Part shown: positions 26,367-38,705 of the stretch, in pieces | Layout of the letters: each line of letters begins with the position of its first letter | Position numbering within the stretch: position 1 is the stretch's first letter | Source of the DNA: Octopus sinensis | Lineage: Eukaryota | NCBI RefSeq assembly: GCF_006345805.1 | Contig: NC_043006.1 | Coordinates: 101,618,001-101,682,000, forward strand | Length of the DNA: 64,000 nucleotides | Direction of reading: 5' to 3' | Position numbers and translations under genes: made by a program | Notes under the pieces: model-generated | What the model was told of the DNA's origin: nothing | Database searches by the model: none | Seen by the model: only the letters and a program-made list of their open reading frames with translations

Positions 26367-26529
26367 TCATCATCATCATCATCATCATCATCGTTTAACG
26401 TCCGCTTTCCATGCTAGCATGGGTTGGACGGTTCAACTGGGGTCTGGGAAGCCCGAAGGCTGCACCAGGCCAGTCAGATCTGGCAGTGTTTCTACAGCTG
26501 GATGCCCTTCCTAACGCCAACCACTCCGA
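26367..26529 (-). mobile_element. 5'-truncated young RTE-tail copy
   Basis: (CAT)n plus a near-exact reverse complement of 3100-3247. Confidence 0.9.
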
Positions 26530-26738
26530 TATATATTTATTTATATGTATACACACACATTGTGTGTGTATAAACATTTATATATGCTTGTATGTGTGTA
26601 TATATATACATACGAGGAAGCATACAGGTACAAAACAAGAGGAAGTAATTAGTACTCAAATACCAAAGGTAAAGTAAAATACTGTTTTGTTGCAAGCCCC
26701 TCCCCCTATAAAAACTTAAACCATTACCTGTTTCCTGT

Positions 26739-26803
26739 AACCATTCATCAGACAATTGTGAGAGTTCAGATTTTGAACTCTGACAATCGTCTGATGAATG
26801 GTT
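26739..26803. repeat. Near-perfect hairpin, 30-bp arms, 5-nt loop
   Basis: AACCATTCATCAGACAATTGTGAGAGTTCA-GATTT-TGAACTCTGACAATCGTCTGATGAATGGTT; 2 mismatches. Confidence 0.95.
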
Positions 26804-26898
26804 TTGTGAATCTCTGAGAAACAGTTTGTGAACAGCATTCAGTGTTCTAAAATAACATCCACTTTATGTGGAAGTTAAATATTACCTCTTGGTTTTAA

Positions 26899-27300
26899 TA
26901 CTCTCTACTCTTTACTCTTTTACTTGTTTCAGTCATTTGACTGCGGCCATGCTGGAGCACCACCTTTAGTCGAGCAACTAGACCCAAGGACTTATTCATT
27001 GTAAGCCCAGTACTTATTCTATCGGTCTCTTTTGCCGAACCACTAAGTGACGGGGACATAAACACGCCAGCATCGGTTGTCAAGCAATGCTAGGGGGACA
27101 AACACAGACACACAAACACACACATGCATATATATATATACATATATACGATGGGCTTCTTTCAGTTTCCGTCTACCAAATCCACTCACAAGGCATTGGT
27201 CGGCCCGGGGCTATAGTAGAAGACACTTGCCCAAGGTGCCACGCAGTGGGACTGAACCCCGAACCATGTGATTGGTTAGCAAGCTACTTACCATGCAGCC
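26899..27300 (-). mobile_element. Family A tRNA-derived SINE (CORE-like), young full-length copy
   Basis: tRNA-like head with GGTTCAGTCCC box, GCACCTTGGGCAAGTGTCTT CORE-like block, central microsatellite and (AAGAGT)n-type tail. Confidence 0.92.
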
Positions 27301-28038
27301 TCTCCTGCTTCTGTTGTTATTAATTATTTTTCAATAAGCCCACTGGCTATTTGCAACACCAGTTACCTGATTAGGTACTGAGAATTCTACGTATATTGCT
27401 AGCAGAGGAATCACAGCTATTACCAGCTGTTGGGCATCCACCTTGGAGAAGGCCAAAATCACATGATCTTCGCACTGGTAATGGCAGTTGATTACCTCTC
27501 GTTAATGGTATAGGCATGAATGCTTATGTGCACCACAAGTCCATATGAGAGGTTCTGTCATGGTAACAATCACAGTTATCTGTGTTCTAACAGTCTATTT
27601 TAAGTGGTGATAAATATTACTTTTTGATATTAATACTGCTTCTCTCACTATCAATTTATATATATATGCATATATATATATATATATGTATTTTTATATT
27701 AATGGAAAACCTATATAATTGGCTGATGAGCACTCAGCATCTTAAATCTGTTGTAATACTTACAACTTTTAATAAAATGATGTAGTGCGAAACAATTGTA
27801 CCAAATTACCAGAGTCATTCTTGTTGCTTATTTTGGGTATATATATATATATATATATAAAATACAAAATGGACAAAATGGGACAAGAATCCAAAACATC
27901 CGAACAGCTAGGTGATAAAAAAAGGGACAGCAAAACATCCAGATAGACAAAACAAAGAAAACAAGGACAGGGCATTCAATGTTTTCTTTCATCAGTCAAG
28001 CACCAGATTATCCTCGCAATTTCGGCTGATTATTCTTG

Positions 28039-28077
<39 letters not shown>

Positions 28078-28103
28078 GGTGTGTGTATGTATATATGTAA
28101 GTG

Positions 28104-28265
28104 GGTGCCATGTAAAAAGCAGTCAGTCCACTCTGTGGAGTGGTTGGTGTTAGGAAGGGCATCCAGCCATGAAAACCATGCCACAACCGACATAGCAACA
28201 ATGTGCAGGCTTTTGCCTGGCCAGCATGGAACGAGGATTTTAAACTATGATGATGATGATGATGA
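28104..28265 (+). mobile_element. RTE-tail fragment inserted at a (TG)n tract
   Basis: GGTGCCATGTAAAAAGCA...GGAAGGGCATCCAGCC...(GAT)n. Confidence 0.75.
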
Positions 28266-29746
28266 TATATATATATATAGATAGATATATATTATAGGTA
28301 AAACTTTACTTCACACTCCCATTTGTATTTAGGGCAAGTGTCTTCTTCCATAACCTGTTTTTGAGCAATCTTTGGTAAATGGAATTTAGTAGACAAGAAT
28401 TGTGTGTAATCCTGTTGTAATATGGTGAACGTGTATAAAACCACATTTCATTTAACTACCATAAATAGTACATAAAATGGCTAAACAAATATTTTAAGCT
28501 GCTTATTATCTGTTAATACATGGTTTGTACACAGTGAAAACACAAGCTTCCTAATGGCATTACCTGTATGTTGAAAACATCATGATTTATTCAGTATCTT
28601 AAAGAAAACAGTGAAGAAAAGTCAGTCATTTATTGAAGTTTTCCTGTAACTTTGCTCTGACTGTCATGCTGGATTCGTGTGTGTGTATGTGTGTGTATAT
28701 ATTGTTAAAATAACACTGTCTGTGTATCTGACACATCTTGACTTTCAAAATGAATTTGAACAGAAATTCATCCCTTTCATCTATTTTTTTACATTTACGT
28801 TTCAGGGAGAAGGACATAATTTTCTAGAAATCAAATTATTTATTTTCCTACTTAATTTCCCAGAATGACAAATAATTTCATTTATTTTATTTCATTGTCA
28901 TTGTGTGAGAGTTAGGATGAAAGTCTATGAGAAAAATTCTTTGATATATTTTTAATATTCATTTCTTAAACATTCCATGGGGTATACTTACAGTTTATTT
29001 GCTGCTCCTTAACTGTATATTACTTCTACAATAAGCACTGAAAAATCATTTATCCTTTCACCTTATCTTCAGAGATACATGGTGTCCAATATAGATAGGT
29101 TTGAAATAAATTGACAGAAAAACATTGGACAAGTAGTAAACATGGATTGTCAATTTGAAAACTTTCTGTTGTTAATCCACAACATCCTGACATATGTTAT
29201 ATTTGTATAATTTTACAACACAAATCTGTGACATGCTCTTTTCTTGAGCTGCAAATTGTTGGAGGGACAACATGAAACATACAAGAAAGCATCTTTAAAG
29301 ATGTGCCTGAATTTGATAGGGACATGCATGATACATGTGAATTTAAAAAGGGTTTGTTTAGTATGATTGTTCTCTAATATCTTAAATCAATTAGGATTCC
29401 TTCAAAATGACAAGTTGCTTAAACATAAGATTATCAACTACACAATGATGAACAGTTATAGGGGTACGTTGTCCCTGATTGGCAAACTTTGTCTCTGAAA
29501 TAACATTCCTCTCTCCCCGAGGTATTTTTACCAAATGCATCAGATATTTGTTTTACACCCTAATATTGCTAACAACTGTCTTCATAAAACTGAGGCAAGA
29601 TCTGAAAAAAGATGCATGAAACCAAGAGTGAGGATTTTACTTTGACACACCTTAATGGATGTCATACAGAGTAACACCCCAAATTCATATTGTTACCTTG
29701 TTGAGAATTATGGTGACTGTGGAAAGATATATTTCAACTGAATATA

Positions 29747-29966
29747 CGAGTGAGTACTGAAAAGTTCCTGGCTTTGGGTAAAAGAAAATACAGGAGGATC
29801 ACTTAATTATGACTTTATTCAACATATTCCCCTCCTCTCAGATTCACACACTTATTGCAGTGGTCCTTCAGTTTTTCTAAGTTTTGTAAAAGAATTCAGA
29901 CTATTGTGCCTCCAACCAGGCCTCTTACAATACCCTTAAAGCCAAGTACTTTTCGGCACCCCTTCA
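29747..29966. mobile_element. Mariner-derived MITE
   Basis: TA flanks and imperfect TIRs of about 29 bp (CGAGTGAGTACTGAAAAGTTCCTGGCTTT / AAAGCCAAGTACTTTTCGGCACCCCTTCA). Confidence 0.8.
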
Positions 29967-30148
29967 TATATATTGAAATTGTGTTTGTATTAATTATCAT
30001 TTTGCACCTATCAAAATCATTGAGTAACCTGGTGTGTTCTTCTCCACTGATCTATTTGTGCATGGATGCCAACAGATGTGAAGAAGCATTAAACTAAGAG
30101 CAACGATATTGATGTCAAGAACTACACATTGTGACTAGCGTATGGTGA

Positions 30149-30562
30149 TACTCTCTTTACTCTCTTTTACTCTTTTACTTGTTTCAGTCATTTGACTGCG
30201 GCCATGCTGGAGCACCGCTTTTAGTCGAGCAAATCGACCCTGGGCTTTATTTTTTGTAAGCCCAGTACTTATTCTATAGGTCTCTTTTGCTGAACCGCTA
30301 AGTGACAGGGACGTAAACACACCAGCATCGGTTGTCAAGCAATGCTTGGGGGACAAACACAGACACACAAACACACACACATACATATATATATATACAT
30401 ATATATGACAGGCTTCTTTCAGTTTCCGTCTACCAAATCCACTCACAAGGCATTGGTCGGCCCGGGGCTATAGCAGAAGACACTTGCCCAAGATGCCACG
30501 CAGTGGGACTGAACCCGGAACCATGCGATTGGTTAGCAAGCTACTTACCACACAGCCACTCC
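30149..30562 (-). mobile_element. Family A SINE, young full-length copy
   Basis: Near-identical to 26899-27300. Confidence 0.92.
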
Positions 30563-31180
30563 GACAAACGCCATCAACATTGGTTACTCTGAAGTCTTCA
30601 AGTGTTAAAATTTTCTTTGTTCACATACTTAATTCAGATAAATGTATATAGACAAAGACATTTTTTATATTTATTTATTTCCCCCCTCCCCCAATTCCTT
30701 TTTGATTCTGTTGTAATCATCGAAACAGGTGCAGGCATAGAATTTTGCTTTGCAACCACGAGGATACAGTCCCATTGTCTGGCGCCTTGGACAAGTGTTT
30801 CCTATTATAGTTCCAAGATTAGCAAAACCTTGTAATTGAATTTGGTAGATGCAAAGTGTGTGGATATCCATTGTGTTTTTCTGTTGTGTGTGTGTGTGTG
30901 TGTCTGTCTGTCTGTGTGCATGCATGTGTTTTGAAAATCTGTAGAGGTACACTAAAAAAAAACTGGAAACATCACACAGCTGACACAATGTTGGTTTATA
31001 AATCTTTAATATACCTTTAATATTGCTGCAAAACAAAATTTAGTGTCCCTACCAGCAATTAATATGTACATACCAGTTGCCAGGAATGTGTTTTATATGT
31101 AAATTGGTCTATCCAGTAGTGTTACACTGCTAAACATAGTGGCTATTTTGAGCAATGAAATCATGGATGGTTAATGGGTT

Positions 31181-31232
31181 GGATGTGGTTCTGAAGAAGG
31201 TGCAATAATTCCTGAAATGTGCATACACACCC
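31181..31232 (+). ncRNA. Decayed hammerhead-like motif
   Basis: CUGAAGA-AGG(loop)CCU-GAAA-UGUGCAU-A. Stem III AUGUGCAU is self-complementary with two G-U pairs. Stem I pairs only if offset by 3 nt. Confidence 0.35.
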
Positions 31233-31364
31233 ATTATCTATTTTTCTATCTTCAATTGCAGTGTCAACATAGTTGCATTTGTATTCAAAAAACTTCATAA
31301 CTTTGTGCTGGCTATAGAGTAGCAGAATCAAATGAGCATTCAACATTGTGCTTCGTAGTGTTTT

Positions 31365-31530
31365 GTTATGACTCTTTATGTTCTGAGTTCAAATCCCACC
31401 AAAGTCATCTTTGCCATTCATCCTTTCAGGGCTGATAAAATAAAGTACCAGCCAAGTACTGGGGTCCATCAAATTGACTTGCCTCTACTCCAAATTTCAT
31501 GCTTTGCACCTATATTTGTAACAATTATTG
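31365..31530 (+). mobile_element. Family C SINE
   Basis: TTCTGAGTTCAAATCCCACC...GCCATTCATCCTTTCAGGGCTGATAAAATAAAGTACCAG. Confidence 0.75.
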
Positions 31531-33559
31531 TTATGTTATATGTAGATTCCTGCATTTCAGCTGGAGTTGAACTAAGCACTAACGTATGTGTGTGTGTGTG
31601 TGTGTGTGTTTGTGTGTGGTGTGTGTGTGTGTGTGTGTGTGTGTGCATGTGTGAGAGGATGAAAGCGAGAGAGCGTGAGTGAGTGGGAGTTTAAGAACAT
31701 TATGATAAATCGAGGTCAATACAGATGGGAAAGACATTGTATAAAAGATCCCTTTTACCATTACAACATGAAATAGCTAAACTTAAAATACTGAAGAATT
31801 GATCTGTTGAATGTATAACATAAGCTTCCAAGAAAAGCAACAGAGCTCAAGTTAGCTGAGATTATGGCTTAGCATTAAAGACATTAACCAATACAAGAAG
31901 GAGAAACGACTGTGCAGATATGTGATATGAATGTATTATGAGTGATAGGTGAAAAGATGCTGTGTGCTGATAATACAAGGTTCTTACAACAATGTTGAGA
32001 GAGTGGAAGATACAAGATGTAAAGTCAGATGTCAGGAAGTTAGGTGTCACAATCAAGATGACAAATGATTGAGATGAGTGGTAATATGATGTAAGGTAGC
32101 ATCCTCCAGCCTCCTTCAAAGCAGATAATTCACTCTGTTGCTAATCAGAGTTTCTCATACGTATTTGTTCATTGAAATGATATAGAAGGAGCTGATACGA
32201 GAAAGGTACTTTGGAGAACCGAGTAAACCAATCAGTTCTGGATGAATGAGCAAATAAATAGTGATCCATGCATTGTGTACTTGTTCTCATTGTACATGCA
32301 TATGTATGTGTGTGTGTGTGTGTAAATATATATGTGTGTGTATGTGTGTGTGTCTGTGTGTATATGCGTATGAATATATATATGTGTGTGTCTGTATATT
32401 TATATAAATATATGTCTATGTGTGTGTGTGTATATATATATATATATTATATGTATTTACATGTGTATGAATATATGTGTGTCTATACTGTGTGTGTGTG
32501 TACTCACATGATCTTTATTCTGTCCCCATGTCTTCCTCACTTAACTGTAGCATATAGGCCACACAACAATATAGCATTTCCAGTCCATAACATTGACACA
32601 CCACACGCATACACATACTGACACATGCTCACACACAACCAACAGAAACTTTCCACAAACCGATTCCTTTCAATTTTGATAGTTATTTGTTGTTTTTGTT
32701 TCCCGTTTTGAAACTAGACAGAATCTGTTTGTTGTTAGGATAATCAGCTGTAGTATGTTATTAGTCCTTCCAATGACTTTCTTTTATACTGGATGTCTTC
32801 CTATTATTTATTTATATATTCTAGCATCGACAATATATTATTGTTATTGTTGTTATTATTTTAATGGTATAGTTTAAGGAACAAGGAATTCAATTATTGG
32901 TTTTGATATCGAATTCTTTTCTTCCTGTAAAGTTGTTGTTGTTGTCATCCGATATGAAATTGCATGGGTATGTCCTAAGGCAACAACTATAGGGATGTAT
33001 ATAGTGTAATGTATGCAGACACATACCATACACAGATTTTATTTATTTATCTATTTTATTTTGTGTTTCAATTCTTGTCTGGAAATCTAATCAAATCAAT
33101 AACAGTGCTTAATACTGTTATCAATTCACTTTTGTATATTCTGCAAAAAAAACTCATCTTAATCTTACAACACCTGGTAATGTATTAAAACTTCCCTGTC
33201 AACTTCAGTAGTATCACATCTGGCATATAAATTTATTAATATTTGGTACGAATAAAGGGAAAAGTTTGGAAACTGTTCCACTTGAATAAATATATATGCA
33301 ATCAGTTTAAGAAAGTAATGGAAATTGGAGAATGTTAAGCATTAGAGCCATACTATAAGAAAAATAGAGAGGTTATTGTGGTCAGATGCAGACATGCATT
33401 AGTAGTAGGTGTTATTTTTCAATTACATTGACAGATTGGTGAAATTTACTTAGCTACCCCCACCCCCATCAATACTTAGCCATGTGTCTTCTCTACAACA
33501 AGACCCTATTCTACCCCAACCTCTTACTCTTGCTGGGTTTGTTGACTTGCGAGCTACAT

Positions 33560-33729
33560 GGCAACCTTAGTAATGCCGGTGGCCCCAAAAAAGGAAACCA
33601 GTCCATGCTGTAAAGTAGTTGGCATTAGAAACCATGCCAAAGCAGACACTGGAGCATGATGCAGTCCTTCAACTCATTGGATCCTTATCAAACTTTCCAA
33701 TCCATGCAAGCATGGAGCATGGACGTTGA

Positions 33730-33761
<32 letters not shown>

Positions 33762-33762
33762 A
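33560..33762 (+). mobile_element. RTE-tail fragment
   Basis: GTAAAGTAGTTGGCATTAG...GCATGGAGCATGGACGTTGAA(TGA)n. Confidence 0.72.
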
Positions 33763-34302
33763 TGTTTGCATGTATGCATGAATAAATAAATGAATGAATG
33801 AATGAAGGAGTGTTTCAGTCAGATTAGTATGTTTTGTCAGTCAAATATTTGAGAATGGAAGCATACAACAAATAATATGAACAAGATGGTAGATGGAATG
33901 TACTCTTCTGGATGGTCAGCATACATCACAGATTGGTGTGACTTGACTTCAGGTATAAACTAGCAGACTTCATGTTAATACAGATTAGAACAGATCACTC
34001 CCGAGGAAGTTAAAGATACAAGTCAAATTATTTGATTTGTATACACAGAAATTCTAAGTAATGAGTGATAGAATATTCAGATAGATACATACACACACAC
34101 ACACACATACAGACTTACACACACTTGCCTGTATAATACAAATGCCCTGCACATCAGATGTCTGGCATCCCTCATGCATATGCATATTCAACACATAATA
34201 AGTGTGTGCACAATGTATGCACATGCATGCAAATGAGTCCATAGATAAATAAATACAGTTATCTCTGTGTGTGTGTGTGTGTTTGTGTGTGTATTAATTA
34301 TT

Positions 34303-34520
34303 GAAGTAATAAAGTTAATATCCAGTCATAGACTGACCAATGGTTTCATGTCCACTTAGGCCTTAGCCTTGTGGCTGTCTCATCAGACACTTAAACCAAA
34401 GACAAATGTAACTTTTGACCTCTTCGGTTTTAGAGTCTGATGTGACTTTTGCAAGGCTTGGGCCTTTGTGGATGTGAAACCATTAGTCACCCTATGACTG
34501 GATATTAACTTGATTACTTT
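34303..34520. repeat. Inverted repeat (about 98-bp arms, 22-nt spacer), each arm carrying a decayed hammerhead-like motif
   Basis: 34303-34400 reverse-complemented aligns ungapped to 34423-34520 at roughly 80% identity. Minus arm: CTGATGA...GAAACCATTGGTC. Plus arm: TAGAGT-CTGATGT...GAAACCATTAGTC-ACCCTA. Confidence 0.8.
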
Positions 34521-34599
34521 AATAATACTTTACTGCTCTATGCTTTAGAGTGTGCCTCTTTTTCGGATATATGATACACTGACAATCAATGTGTATATA

Positions 34600-34908
34600 T
34601 ATCATGTGATCACGTGACCGACCAGACCATCAGATGTTGCTACACATCGCTGGTCACAATGCGTTTGCATTGTTTTAGCCTTCGAACGACGCCACCCCAC
34701 TGGCTAAGCGAGCAGGCCAACAGAAGAAAGAGTGGGAGAAAGAGTGGTGAAAGAGTACAGCAGGGATCACCACCCCCTGCCGGAGCCTCGTGGAGCTTTT
34801 TAAGGTGTTTTCGCTCAATAAACACACACAACGCCCGGTCTGGGAATTGAAACCGCGATCCTCTGACCGCGAGTCCGCTGCCCTAACCACTGGGCCATTG
34901 CGCCTCCA
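34600..34908 (-). mobile_element. SINE with head H1 + different tail T3
   Basis: First 170 nt or so nearly identical to 4241-4410; the remainder is unrelated to T1 and ends in GGTCACGTGATCAC. Confidence 0.9.
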
Positions 34909-34988
34909 TGTATATATATATATATAATATATATATATATATTTGATTTGCATACACAGAAATTCTATTATTTGATTTGCATACACAG

Positions 34989-35082
<94 letters not shown>
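34909..35082. repeat. (TA)n and (GA)n tracts with a 28-bp direct duplication
   Basis: ATTTGATTTGCATACACAGAAATT occurs twice at about 34941-34995. Confidence 0.9.
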
Positions 35083-35250
35083 ATAAGATCCCAGGTTTGA
35101 AATTTCCCCCAAGACACCTGATGAAGGCTGGAGGGTATATCAGCTGAAATGTTGTGTTAACAACAAACAAGATGAGGACAAATATTCGTCAATTGTAAAT
35201 AATGTAAATGTACATAATTCCTCATCTCTTAAATATAGAACTGTACAACA
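35083..35250 (+). mobile_element. Penelope-like terminal-repeat fragment hosting the 35113 hammerhead
   Basis: Starts directly after (TA)n(GA)n. The CTGATGAAGG...GAAA motif followed by an AT-rich tail is typical of PLE pseudo-LTRs. Confidence 0.5.
35113..35158 (+). ncRNA. Minimal type I hammerhead ribozyme motif, slightly decayed
   Basis: GACAC-CUGAUGA-A-GGCUG(GAGGGUAUAU)CAGCU-GAAA-UGU-U-GUGUU. 5-bp stems I and II; stem III AUGU is one CpG-type transition from palindromic ACGU; GUU triplet. Confidence 0.7.
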
Positions 35251-36324
35251 AACCAGTTAGAAATGTGAGGAGATGAAATAAAATTACATGGGATCACTAG
35301 GGAAAGAAATTCAGCAGGTTACAAGGTGTGGTATGTAGAGAAGTTGGCTCAGGAGTTGTATGAAGTTGTTACATGGATACATTGTTGAATCAATACAGAA
35401 ATGATGAATTAGAGAATTACAGTTTTACTACAAGAATGCCACAAGAAAAAATCTGTGGTGATGAGGCAAACATGTTCAATGAAGTTATATAGAGTTCATT
35501 AATTTCTCTATGGTTCCATTCCAATATGGTTAACTGGTAAAACAGGCATGGAAACATAGTGTTAATCAGTTTAGTTTCGACTAACGGAATAAAATGATCT
35601 ATACTCATCATCAAGTATTGAGTACTTTTTCTCCTCTTTGTTACTACACGCACACACACACATATTCTGTGTATTTGTCAATGAGAAAAAATAAATCAGA
35701 ATAATTTCATTTCTATAAAAGATTCAATACATTGCAAATAGAAAGTATAGATTTCAGTTATGAGACTTGATATTTCTTTAAAGCTTTAAAGAAACAAAAT
35801 AAATGTTATATATAACTTGCTCGTTAGATTGTAAATAATGGTTTATATGGTTTTGCAGTAGGTATTCTTAATAAAACTTAGACACACACCCTCATCCATG
35901 TGTGTGTGTGTGTGTGTATGTGTGTATATATGTGTATATATATATTACACACACACACACACACAGAGGAATGTGTGGGTATGTGCATGCATAGTGCACG
36001 TGTGTATCTATCTATCCATTTACCTATTATATTATATAGCTACAATTTTCTTGAAATATTTTGTATAAAAAATAACAGTTGAAGTTTCCAAGAAAAATGG
36101 TTTCACTTTTTCTTTTTTGTTTGTGGTGTATGTGTGACATCATCACATAGAAATTTAACAAAAAAGAGAAATAGAATGAAGGTCTTTTCTTATGTGAATC
36201 ATGAAGTTGATAACAATGATTAATTTAAATCTTACTATTTGACATATTCTCTAAAATCCTTTGTCAGGTTACTATTTCTAAATCTGGAACAGGTCATTTC
36301 CTTCAATGAAATATTAACATATAG

Positions 36325-36690
36325 GTGCAGGTATGGCTGTGTGGTAAGAAGCTTGCTTTCCTGCTACATGGTTTCAGGTTCAGTCCCACTCTGTGGCACC
36401 TTGGGCAAGCATCTTCTACTTTAAGCTCAGGCTAACCAAAGCCTTGTGAGTGGATTTGATAGATGGAAACTAAAAGAAGCCTATTTCATATGTGTGTGTG
36501 TGTGTGTTTGTGTTAGTGTTTGTCACCCAACACTGTTACACTGTTAGTCTTGGTGTGTTTATATCCCCGTGACTTGGCAGTTTGGCAAAAGAGACTGATA
36601 GAATAAGCACCAGGCATCAAAGTAAAATTGACCATTGAAGTTGATTCATTCAACTAAATTCTCTTCAAAGCGGTGTCCCAGCATGGCTGC
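36325..36690 (+). mobile_element. Family A SINE, older
   Basis: Head, CORE-like block, (TG)n and a 3' part up to CCAGCATGGCTGCAG. Confidence 0.82.
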
Positions 36691-36784
36691 AGAATCCAAA
36701 AGAGCTGACATTTACCATATTCCATGTTGTAGTGGGAATATGGTGAGACAGGGTTAAGTTTCTTTGCTTTATCATTTAAATATT

Positions 36785-37235
36785 TAATCATCATCATCAT
36801 CATCATCATAGTTTAATGTTCATTTTCCATGCTTGCATCGGTTGAACAGTTTAACAGGAGTCGACCAGCTGGAGAGCTGTCCAGACTCTGCTGTTTTGAC
36901 ATGGTTTCTATGATTTAATGCCCTTCCTAACACCAACCACTTTACAGAGTGTGCTGGGTGCTTTTTACATACCACAAGTATGGGTGTGTTCATGTAGCAC
37001 TAGCATGAGTGGATTTTACATGGCACCAGCACCTGCAAGACAAAAGACTTCTCAGCTGGGAGAAGGAGTAAGGAAATCACCATAAAGGACATGCCCCTAT
37101 GTATGGATGGCCACAATTTTACTTAGATTGATGTGTCTTCTCAAGTACAGCAAATCACCACAAGTTCCAGTCTCTTGTCATCTCCTTAAGTGAGGCTCAA
37201 TATCTGAAGGTTTTTTTCTCTCATGACATCTTCCT
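36785..37235 (-). mobile_element. RTE LINE 3' end
   Basis: Minus strand LQILSLT.EMTRDWNLW*FAVLEKTHQSK*, followed by the same UTR and a (GAT)n tail. Confidence 0.78.
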
Positions 37236-38284
37236 GAGTCATATATATATTCGTATCAAATATGAAGATATAATATATTCATGTCAAATATTCATTGCCC
37301 CCTTCCCTCTCCCTTACCTATTATTTATCTTTCTTGTGACCATTTGCTTCTTGTTTTGCTCAGTCCCTCTTCGTTTATTTAATCTGTATCCTTCTGCAAA
37401 TTGCTCCCATACATTCATCTTTCTACCAAATATTATTAGTATGTAATAATTCTTGACTAATCATTAAATATTTAACTCGACTTGTACCATTTTCAATTTA
37501 ACAGAATCTCTTGAGACTCAATGCTTTCTCTTTAAATTACAAAATAAATTATTTTTAACAGAATTAAATTACAACTGTTACTAATTTAAATTAAATAATT
37601 TATTTGGTATTTGCTATCATATAAATGGTTTTAATCATCTAACTGTTTCTTTTGAATTAACTTTGTACATCACCTTTTTTATAAAGATCTTTAGGGTCTC
37701 TAATGACTTTGTCCCCTCCCAGTATCATAGAATATTTTCTTTGTTTCTTTTGCTTTTGTCATTTAAAAACAATAACCTGATATTAATTAGTTAATTGTCT
37801 CTTATTGTCTAATCTCAATTGATTTCTAAAAAATATTCAACTGAGTATTCTTAAATTTCAGTTCAACTCAACACCTTTTTTGATTGCATCTTACTTTAGA
37901 ACCAGAATATTTTATTTGTATTTCTTTCTTTGTTTTTGTCAGTGATGATGATTATGGTAATGATGTCTGTGGGGTGATGATAGTGATGGTCATAATTAAA
38001 GTGTAGCTATGTATTCTTCAGCTGAGAGGAATTTTCCAATTGTTCTGCTCAAAGCCCCTTCTAACTTTAATTCATTTTTACTAAATGCCTGTTGAACATC
38101 CATAATTGTTTATTAAGACAAGTAGAGTTTTATTTTATATTGTTTAAATACCTTTGTTTAATTTCTCTTTTCATACATTAATGTTTTTCTTTTTTATTTA
38201 GCTTTAATTTTTGCTATTGTTGATAATTTAAGGTTAAATTTATTTTTTTTAATAAAAATAATAACAATATGCAATGACACAATC

Positions 38285-38705
38285 TGGCTATGTGGTAAGA
38301 AGTTTGCTTCCCAACCACATGATTCTGGGTTCAGTCCCACTGCATGACACTTTGGGCAAGTGTCTTCTACTATAGCTCTTGGCCAACCAAAGCCTTGTGA
38401 GTGGATTTGGTAGATGGAAACTGAAAGAAGCAGCCTGTTGTGTGTGCTTGTGTGTGTGTGTGTGTGTGTGTACGCGCATGCTTCTCTCTCTCTCTCTCAC
38501 TCTGTATTTGTGTTTGTCCACCACCACCAATTGACAACTGGTGTTGATAGCCTCATAACTTAGTGGTTTATCAAAAGTGATCAATAGAATAAGTACTAAG
38601 CTTTAAAAAAGAAAGTAAGTACATGAATTGACTCATTCGACAAAAATTCTTCAAGGTGGTGCCTCAGGATTGCCACAGTCTAATGACTGACACAAATAAG
38701 AGATA
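38285..38705 (+). mobile_element. Family A SINE, older
   Basis: Same modules in the same order. Confidence 0.82.

Noticed and set aside
27835-28035. (TA)n-flanked unit with CAGCCGAAATTGCG and CTGATGA on the minus strand
   Set aside because: Core boxes are in the wrong order or incomplete for a hammerhead. Possibly a truncated PLE-type repeat, but not supportable.
29560-29745. PQIHIVTLLRIMVTVERYIS resembling a hAT dimerisation motif
   Set aside because: Similarity too short and weak to support by eye.
34830-34908. tRNA-Arg-like sequence (also at 4241)
   Set aside because: Has A/B boxes but no proper acceptor stem and continues into a SINE body; not a tRNA gene.
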